A DNA stretch of 15,575 nt from Histomonas meleagridis 2922-C6/04-290x (taxonomy: Eukaryota > Protista > Parabasalia): contig JAANOX010000100.1 of NCBI GenBank assembly GCA_020184695.1, positions 1 to 15,575 of the forward strand, given 5' to 3'. This document shows, piece after piece, positions 8,443-15,575 of this stretch. The first letter of the stretch is position 1, and the number at the start of each line of letters is the position of its first letter. The notes under the pieces were generated by a model. The model had not been told where the DNA came from, did not search any database, and was given only the letters and a program-made list of their open reading frames with translations. Position numbers and translations under genes: made by a program.

Positions 8443-8682
8443 ATTTGTAATTTTCTTTTTTTGCATATTATAAAAGGGCAGAAGTAACTATGTGACCTTT
8501 CACACTATTTGTTTTCGTGTCGCTTTTCGTAAACTAATTAATTGTTTGAATACTTTGATATCACATATGTGACCGTTTAATTACAGTTGTTTTCAAGTTG
8601 CTGAAAACCTCATTAATTTAAAACCAAATAAAAGCTTCTTCTAACACATCGTTAATTTTTATTTTTGATTTCTAATATTGTA

Positions 8683-9999
8683 TCAGTTTACTTGTTTTGT
8701 CCAAATACTCATTAATCCTGCAGAATCCGCTGATATGAATGCTCTTACGCCGGGCAACCATTGTACTACTGTAATTGCTGCTTCGTGCATTGTTAAGATT
8801 ACTATTTCCTCGCCTTCTTCTTCTATGATTAAGTCGCCCATATCTGTTCCAGCTGCCCATAACCATTTGCCATTTACATCGTTCAAAGCTCCTGGACATT
8901 TTGCTCTTAGGGAAGGCACTCTATATTGCTTTAAAAGATGCAATGTTTTCAGGTTGTCATCCGAGCACAAAAGTGCTGCTCTTTCATTTCTGGTGTTTAC
9001 AAAAACGTAATTTTTTGAGTTGATGAAAACCGATGAAATGCTGTCAATTGACGACGGTTTCACCTCTTTTGTGAGTTTGTTGAACTTTATGTTCTGGACG
9101 GATTTCGCCTTCAGTTCTGAAAATTGCCCTTTCCATTTGCGAGAGGTCTTGAGCTCAACAGTGATGATATAAATGTCACCATCTGAAGTCCCACAAAGAA
9201 TGATGTTAGAATCTTTGGGTGATCGAATAGATGTTATTGGTTTTTTGGCATTGAAAATTTTGACGGGATCAATGTAGGCATTACTAATCGTTGCTGTTGT
9301 TGGTTGTTTAAAGATAAGATTGTCATTCTTTGTAGTTGATATCTCTGAAAAATCGATGCTGTAAATATTTCCACAAATATCTCCAACAATAACAATCGTT
9401 GTATTTCCGTTGAATATCTCAATCTCTGAAGGAGTTGATTGAAGTGTTATTTCGTATAAATGCGATTGGTTCGAAATTGCAAAAATGGATGAGATAAATC
9501 CAAGACCAACGATCATGGATGGAGAAATCCACTTAAATTTGAGAAAGACAATATTTGGTATATTGATGTGACTGAGAATTTTAAGATGTAATGTTTCAAC
9601 AATTGCAAAATGTAATGATCCATCAATTGTTGAAAAAGCAAATGTATCTCTGGATGATGGGGCAAAGCTAAAATCAGATACAGGGCCAGGAACTGTAATA
9701 GCTGCTGAAATCTGGTGCCATGGAATAATTTCTATATCAGAAGTTGATATAGGTAGGTCAAAGTTTTTCTTCCGAGACATATGCATTAGGAGCCAAAGGT
9801 CATTTAGAGAATGTTTAGCATGACTACGAGTTGTTTCATAAAGAAGAATTCTTAAAGGAAGATATGTGTTTGCCCTAAATTTTGGATTTAATGTCTTTTC
9901 ACTTTTCTTCAAGAAGTGCCTTCTAAAGTTAACATATCCTGGACCATCAGAACGATAAATTGCATCATATTGAACAATTTCTTCTATAACAGCATTCAT
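8683..9999 (-). CDS. WD40-repeat beta-propeller protein, possibly WDR13-like
   Basis: Intact 438-aa ORF with WD-like blades (PVSDFSFAPSSRDTFAFSTIDGSL; ILCGTSDGDIYI; MHEAAITVVQWLPGVRAFISADSAGLMSIW). The terminal repeat and N-terminal basic helix recall WDR13, but this sub-assignment is tentative. Confidence 0.8.
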   Translation of the reverse strand: MNAVIEEIVQYDAIYRSDGPGYVNFRRHFLKKSEKTLNPKFRANTYLPLRILLYETTRSHAKHSLNDLWLLMHMSRKKNFDLPISTSDIEIIPWHQISAAITVPGPVSDFSFAPSSRDTFAFSTIDGSLHFAIVETLHLKILSHINIPNIVFLKFKWISPSMIVGLGFISSIFAISNQSHLYEITLQSTPSEIEIFNGNTTIVIVGDICGNIYSIDFSEISTTKNDNLIFKQPTTATISNAYIDPVKIFNAKKPITSIRSPKDSNIILCGTSDGDIYIITVELKTSRKWKGQFSELKAKSVQNIKFNKLTKEVKPSSIDSISSVFINSKNYVFVNTRNERAALLCSDDNLKTLHLLKQYRVPSLRAKCPGALNDVNGKWLWAAGTDMGDLIIEEEGEEIVILTMHEAAITVVQWLPGVRAFISADSAGLMSIWTKQVN

Positions 10000-10132
10000 A
10001 AATTGGGGTTACCTGAAAATTTTCAAATTCGAATTTGGTGAAGCGAAAAGTGTCAATCTACAATAATTGAAAAAAAATAATTTATGTAATTCAAAAGCGA
10101 ATTAAAAATGTCATACCTATTAATTATGTAAT

Positions 10133-10699
10133 AATAAATTATAAAATTTCATTAATTAAAACAATATGTATTATATAAATTATAAAAGTTCATTAATTAA
10201 AACAATATGTATTATATAAATTATAAAAGTTCATTAATCAAAACAATATGTATTATATAAATTATAAAAGTACATTAATCAAAACAATATGTAATATATA
10301 AATTATAAAAGTACATTAATCAAAACAATATGTATTATATAAATTATAAAAGTACATTAATCAAAACAATATGTATTATATAAATTATAAAAGTACATTA
10401 ATCAAAACAATATGTATTATATAAATTATAAAAGTTCATTAATCAAAACAATATGTATTATATAAATTATAAAAGTACATTAATCAAAACAATATGTATT
10501 ATATAAATTATAAAAGTACATTAATCAAAACAATATGTATTATATAAATTATAAAAGTACATTAATTAAAACAATATGTATTATATAAATTATAAAAGTT
10601 CATTAATCAAAACAATATGTATTATATAAATTATAAAAGTTCATTAATCAAAACAATATGTATTATATAAATTATAAAAAGTTTATTAATTAAAACAAT
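10133..10699. repeat. 41-bp tandem minisatellite, 13 full units plus partial flanking units
   Basis: The unit CATTAAT(C/T)AAAACAATATGTATTATATAAATTATAAAAGT(A/T) starts at 10150, 10191, ... 10642 with an exact period of 41 and no spacers. Confidence 0.97.
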
Positions 10700-10702
10700 T
10701 AT

Positions 10703-13042
10703 TTATGTGTCTGAATCTATGTATTTAAATTCGTCTGACGTCAGAGCCATTTTATTTTTCTTTTTTCTTTTTTTATTTGTCGAACAGAAACTCTTTGAAA
10801 ATTGTAGCTCGTCATATCCCAACATATCCAAATGCACCATATTACTCTTTGATCTTTTCATTTTTCTCATTATTTCGTTATTTGTTTGCGACAATTTCTT
10901 CAAATCTATTGAAGGGAATTGTGATATACATTCATCCAAATCATCGTCAATGTAATCTTTGGAATCAATTTTTTGTTCATTTGCAACTCGAATATCTTCA
11001 ATTATATCGTCGTCATTCGTTTTCCATGCATATCTTTGATCAAAATATTCAGTACTAAATGAATCACTGATCTCAGGAATAAATGGCGCTGGCAATTCAT
11101 CAATGTGTTCCCAGTCTATACCTTGGAACCATGGATGATCCATAATCTCTTGGATGCCATTCGCGCCTAACCGTTTGGTCGGATCAGATTGTAATAAACC
11201 CTTTAATAATGAGATCAAATTACTACTCATGTCATTTGCCAGATGATTCCAATCGATTTGGTTGGATAAAATGGCTAAAAATGTTTCAGATTCAGTGTTC
11301 CTATGAAATGGCGGAATGCCTTCAACTAACTCATAAACAACAACGCCTAATGACCAATAGTCGGCTGTAAAGTCATGTGGCTGGGATAAGATGATCTCTG
11401 GTGGCAAATAATCTGGTGTACCTACAACTGATTCATTATCATTTGCAATTCTGGAATTGGAAGTTTCATTGGTTAAACAATGATCAGTCGATCCGTAAAG
11501 GCTTAGACCAAAATCGGTCAGTTTAAGTTTACCTTCTTTTGTAATGAGAATATTATCTGGTTTAAGATCGCGATGAACTATTCCGTTATCATGGAGACAT
11601 TGTAAAGCTTTGACTATTTGAACTGTGTAGATGCGGGCATTAGTTTCATCAAGAGAACCGATGTTATTTAGAAGTGAATACAAATCACCTCCTGGAAGAT
11701 ATTCCATAACAATGTACAAATTATGTTTACCAATAAATGAATAGTCTATGTGTTAGATGAAGATTATAAAACTTAAATTTAAATAATTTAAAAAAAAAAA
11801 AATTTAAAAGTTGACACTTTTCGTAATCTTCTGAATTACATTTTGTCAAATTTTAATTTATTTTTTTAAATTATTTTCGAATTTAAGCATATTAAACATA
11901 CAGAAATTTACAATATATGGATTATCATTTTGGAGAAGTATATCCTTCTCATTTAATAAACGTTGTATTTGATTTTTTTGTGCAAGAGATGATTTCGATG
12001 TTACTTTAATTGCATATATATCACCTGTCTTTTTTTTAATTGCAAGAAATACACGTGCATAAGCTCCACTTGAAATTGCCTTAATGAATTCGAAATCTGT
12101 TATTGAGACTTGTTTGGGCGACGGTTTTTTATCGGTACGGTTATACAGGGTGCTCTCAGAAACCGTTTTCGCATCTTTTAGATTGGAGCATGCATGAAGC
12201 TTTTGGATTGTAAGCTCTTTTGCTTTATATAACATTGGTAGGCATGTGCGATCGTTTGGGATTTTTAATAACCTAAGTGATTGATTTGTTAATGATATTA
12301 CATTTGCATCATATGTTGACGTTGTACTTGCATTACGTACTTTCTCAAGAAGTAAATATAGATGAAACATTGGAAGATATGTATTGACACACTTATCTTC
12401 GGTGTCAGGCCATTCATGGCAAAGAATTGTTTTTTGTATTGAATTTTGTAGCTTGGAAATCCGATCATCAACTGTCATGACTTTGAATTCACATTCGTAG
12501 GCACGTACACATGATTTTGAATGAGATTCAATAAGCGATAATGGAACATATTCTTCACATATCCGACAAAGAAGAAGAATATCTTCTGGATTTTGGACTT
12601 GAACTTGAAGCTTCTCTGATGCTGGCTCGCTTGGTGATGGAATTGTACATTCAATAATTGAAAAAACGCGTGAAAGTGCAATCGATTCTGATAAAACTTT
12701 TTGACATTGTTTTTTGACAGTTACAGGTAATTTCTCGCTTTCAATAAATTTCCTCAGTGGTTGGATTGCATTTTTTGCTTTCTGAAAAACACCTCCAAAA
12801 TCAGAAATTAGAAGACTCTCGACTAAATACAGAATATAATCAAGTGACTGAGACACACCCTCTGCTTGGATTTTTTCAAGGTCATTTTTGACCGTTTCAA
12901 GGACCATTCTTTGAGCTTTTAAAAATATATATGTTTTGGAATATGTATCCATTCCTACTTGTCGGAAAACAAGAACATCATCTTGACCTACCGAGTGACC
13001 ATCGCCTATTAAACTCGATAAAGATGAGACAAAAAGAGACAT
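10703..13042 (-). CDS. Greatwall/MAST/Rim15/IRE-type AGC Ser/Thr kinase, two exons (13042-11902 and 11745-10703), 727 aa
   Basis: Splicing gives 1141+1043=2184 nt in frame and restores [32 protein letters not shown]. Motifs: CRIC...H...C zinc knuckle, DFEFIKAISSGAYARV, YAIK, HRDLKPDN, DFG, GTPDYLPPE, and an AGC tail PFIP...F. Confidence 0.93.
11746..11901 (-). other. 156-nt spliceosomal intron of trichomonad type
   Basis: 5' site GTATGT at 11901; 3' end TCTAACACATAG (11757-11746) versus the T. vaginalis consensus ACTAACACACAG. The interior is AT-rich, and removal restores the kinase frame. Confidence 0.93.
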
Positions 13043-13291
13043 TCACTGTTCAACACGCTTTGTTCTTATGTTGTAAACAGGCTTAACGATATTATCGTCT
13101 TTCTTTTAAAAGTTGTGGTGAATTTTCTATCGATATATACAAAAAATGGCCAAAATCGACCCTAAACCGCCAAGACAGCCGATAAAAGAAAATAAATAAT
13201 TCAAATAAAATCATTTTTTTTTTGTATATACGACAGGGGGCCGGGGGCGGGGCCCCTAGGGACCTCGTGATCATTCCCGACCTTTACTTTT

Positions 13292-13378
13292 CACTCGGGG
13301 GATTGAAGGGGTCTGAGACCTCCGGAGGTGCCCTTCGGACCCCTCCGGAGGTCTCAGACCCCTTCAATCCCCCGAGTG
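13292..13378. repeat. GC-rich hairpin with perfect 37-bp arms and a 13-nt loop
   Basis: CACTCGGGGGATTGAAGGGGTCTGAGACCTCCGGAGG (13292-13328) is the exact reverse complement of 13342-13378. The loop contains CTTCGG. Confidence 0.95.
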
Positions 13379-13733
13379 TGCTCGCTCCGCTCGCAACAAT
13401 AATCAAAATGATTTTTGTGAGCCATACAATTCGATAGAAAATTTGAATGAGCATTCAATTTCGAGAGAACGCGAAACTTTTTTTCATAGGGACGATAGCA
13501 CTTTTTATGCCACTTTTCGCATAAACCTATCAAAAAAACCTCGTATAACCAGCACAAATTGTCCCCGGTTATGTTTGGCCGGACATTTATCCTATTCAAT
13601 TTATCTTTGGTCAGAGGTTTGTAGTCAAAAAGCGACGGTTATATTGTTTGGTCGCATGGCAAACTTTATTTTTATAAACGAATGGTCAGAATACACAATT
13701 TTAAAAAAATGTCACATCATCACTTCACTCTAT

Positions 13734-14399
13734 ATGAATACAGATTACTATTCAGTTACAAAACTTGCAGATTTTATGAAAGAAAAAGATTCAGATGCTA
13801 CAGCGGTTGCTTTATTTTTTTGAACCCAAAGATGACAAACTTGGTAATTTTAACAATTTTTATAATCAAGCCAATTGGCATGATCATCAAACATAGAAAT
13901 TTCCAAGATTTTTATTTTGTTCATAAAGAGTTGATCGAATTCTTCAAACAAAGAAATATCAAAGTTTCAGTACCAATAACTGATAACAAAAAGCCACCAC
14001 TTACTAATAATATTCATTATTTAGAGATTCATTTAACTCTATTAGAGAGTAATTTTTGGAAGATGGTATCATGCATTTCTATATGAATCAACGAACACTG
14101 AAGTTAATAATATACTCATTTCACATAAAATACCTGATAATAATGAATTCCAAACAGTATTTGACATGAATTCAATCGATCCTGATAGTTTTAAAGCTCT
14201 AGTTTGAATAAAAACAATAGTCACTTCATTTTTTTTAATGTCTGAGGATGAATTTCTTTTTACATTCGATTTCTATAATGATTATTTCAATAATTTTAAC
14301 ACTTCACCTGTTGACAATGCTCAAAGCAATACGAAAAAGACAATTTATGTTACTAATGTTTTTTCTTCATTATGGTCAGTAGAAAAAATTGTTAAATAA
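13734..14399 (+). pseudogene. Disrupted host gene, possibly PX (phox-homology) domain-like
   Basis: Double Inr-like TCACTTCACT precedes the ATG at 13734. Pieces MNTDYYSVTKLADF... / IIKHRNFQDFYFVHKELIEFF...VP...LEIHLTLL / STNTEVNNIL... are separated by at least two frameshifts and a TGA at 14205-14207. HRNFQDFYFVHKEL resembles the PX RRYSDFxxLHxxL motif. Confidence 0.4.
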
Positions 14400-14430
14400 T
14401 TAAATAAACAAAGAAATAATGTTTATTTTT

Positions 14431-14637
14431 TTATTTATTTTCTTTTTCATAAGGTATAACATATATTTCACTATTTTGTCTTAAAGCTGAAAATGGTATT
14501 GGTTGTTCAAATATAATTGCATTTGTAAATGACACTCTTCTCTGTTTTTCTATATCTTTTAAATTTCTAATTTCAGGAATATCTAACCTATTTTTGTTGT
14601 AATAGGTTTCTATAACCTCAGGTTTATAATTCGACAT
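14431..14637 (-). CDS. Small hypothetical protein, probably Maverick-associated
   Basis: Intact 68-aa ORF with A/T-ending codon bias like the Maverick ORFs, co-oriented with 14971..15363. No recognised domain. Confidence 0.45.
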   Translation of the reverse strand: MSNYKPEVIETYYNKNRLDIPEIRNLKDIEKQRRVSFTNAIIFEQPIPFSALRQNSEIYVIPYEKENK

Positions 14638-14670
14638 TTATAAAAATGATTTAAATTTTAACAAAATTAC

Positions 14671-14763
14671 TTTGAATTTTTGAAACTAAAATATACCAAA
14701 TTGGACGCAGGCGTCCTTTAAGGACGCCTGGGATTTGGTATATTTTAGTTTCAAAAATTCAAA
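14671..14763. repeat. 93-bp inverted repeat: perfect 31-bp outer arms around a GC-rich inner hairpin
   Basis: 14671-14701 is the exact reverse complement of 14733-14763. Inner arms CAGGCGTCCTT (14708-14718) and AAGGACGCCTG (14720-14730) also pair. Confidence 0.95.
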
Positions 14764-14970
14764 AAAACAATATATATAAATAATATTTTATTATTTCTTT
14801 TGTCCAACTATGAAAACGATCCTCCGAGGCGAAGGCACAAGATTAGTGCTAAACTTGATTCTTCCAATCCAATCGATAGGGAGGTCATGAAAGATCTAGG
14901 CATACCACTAATCTCAAGAAAGTGCCCTAAGAATCAATAAAAGAAATTCTTAGAAATTTTTTTATTTTTT

Positions 14971-15363
14971 TTAAAAATTCTGTGTTTCTTCTTGAGTTTG
15001 TTGTTGCTGAGCTAATGTATTAGCATATTGTTGCAATACATTTAATTTACCTAAATAAGAATTATATTTATTCAAATCATTATTAAAGATTTGATTTAAT
15101 AATTCCATTTTAGATATTTGATAAGCTTGATCCAATTGTTCAGGCGTTATATTTTGTAAAGGATTCTTTATAGTAGGATGATATTTTTCATCTATAAATT
15201 TATAAATTTGTTTTCTTAATAAATTATGATATTTATTATACACAGTTACAGTTAATGTTATTACATTTTTATTTTTAACGATAGAAAACGAAGGTTTAAT
15301 ATTAATTGCACTAAAATCACAATCTTTAAATTCTTGTGCAAAGCATGTATAAAGAGATTCCAT
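14971..15363 (-). CDS. Conserved trichomonad Maverick hypothetical protein
   Basis: Intact 130-aa ORF. The N-terminus AQEFKDCDFSAINIKPSFSIVK...LTVTVY matches, from memory, a multicopy T. vaginalis Maverick protein (EFKDCDFSAL.IKPSF). Confidence 0.6.
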   Translation of the reverse strand: MESLYTCFAQEFKDCDFSAINIKPSFSIVKNKNVITLTVTVYNKYHNLLRKQIYKFIDEKYHPTIKNPLQNITPEQLDQAYQISKMELLNQIFNNDLNKYNSYLGKLNVLQQYANTLAQQQQTQEETQNF

Positions 15364-15412
15364 TAAAAAATAATGAAGTGACAGAATGCTTATTATGAAA
15401 TTATTTTAATTT

Positions 15413-15575
15413 ATGGAAAACGATATTAATATTGATGCATTAGATAATATGATTGATTATTGTTTATATAAAACACACACACACACAGAGCGCTATGTGA
15501 GCTTCGTGCTACGCACTCGCTCCCACTCGCGCTACATAAACTAAAGGATGAACGGCTAAAATCGATTGAATTATC
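15413..15575 (+). pseudogene. Hypothetical gene (likely Maverick) interrupted by a 63-bp insertion; runs off the window
   Basis: Removing 15473-15540 gives an open frame MENDINIDALDNMIDYCLYK-LKDERLKSIEL. It is divergent from ORF 14971..15363, with 49 nt between the starts. Confidence 0.55.
15473..15535. mobile_element. 63-bp structured insertion with (AC)7 tail and 5-bp ATAAA target-site duplication
   Basis: ATAAA at 15468-15472 and 15536-15540 flanks (AC)7AGAGCGCTATGTGAGCTTCGTGCTACGCACTCGCTCCCACTCGCGCTAC. Confidence 0.6.

Noticed and set aside
10133-10699. Regular array resembling CRISPR
   Set aside because: Units are contiguous with no unique spacers, there are no cas genes, and the context is eukaryotic.
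11858-11901. C-terminal tail CMFNMLKFENNLKK of the listed 394-aa ORF
   Set aside because: This is read-through into the intron, not real protein sequence.
8672-12681. Overlapping small ORFs 8672..8899, 8678..9010, 9234..9422, 10707..10955, 10777..11058 and 12475..12681
   Set aside because: All lie within the intact WD40 or AGC kinase genes, in alternative frames or antisense.
13092-13599. ORFs 13092..13274, 13222..13437 and 13354..13599
   Set aside because: They appear to be by-products of the GC-rich, stop-poor hairpin module and have no protein-like motifs.

Overview
Very AT-rich eukaryotic DNA, almost certainly from a parabasalid protist (Trichomonas/Tritrichomonas-like). The evidence is a GTATGT...TCTAACACATAG intron matching the trichomonad 12-nt branch/3'-splice motif, Inr-like TCAYW motifs just upstream of several ATGs, and Maverick/Polinton genes. 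A core of three intact host genes lies at 7.1-13.0 kb: a divergent CK2-alpha-like kinase, a WD40 protein, and a Greatwall/Rim15/IRE-type AGC kinase. The ORF track splits the last into two ORFs, but it is one 727-aa gene with a 156-nt intron. The left flank (1-7.0 kb) is a patchwork of decayed mobile DNA: Maverick pieces (probable capsid remnant, conserved ORFs, a triple-frameshifted integrase with a long N-terminal extension, packaging ATPase), an internally deleted Tc1 transposon, a probable tyrosine-recombinase fragment and a probable second DDE-transposase HTH remnant. The right flank holds a GC-rich 37-bp-arm hairpin, a disrupted PX-like gene, more Maverick-type ORFs, a 93-bp branched inverted repeat, and a 63-bp (AC)n-tailed insertion with a 5-bp target duplication that splits a gene. 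There is also a 41-bp x13 tandem array abutting the kinase stop codon. No tRNA, rRNA or CRISPR was found. Family assignments come from motifs and recalled resemblance, not from database searches. No clearly novel multi-gene system is demonstrated; the small structured insertions and the extended integrase are the best leads.
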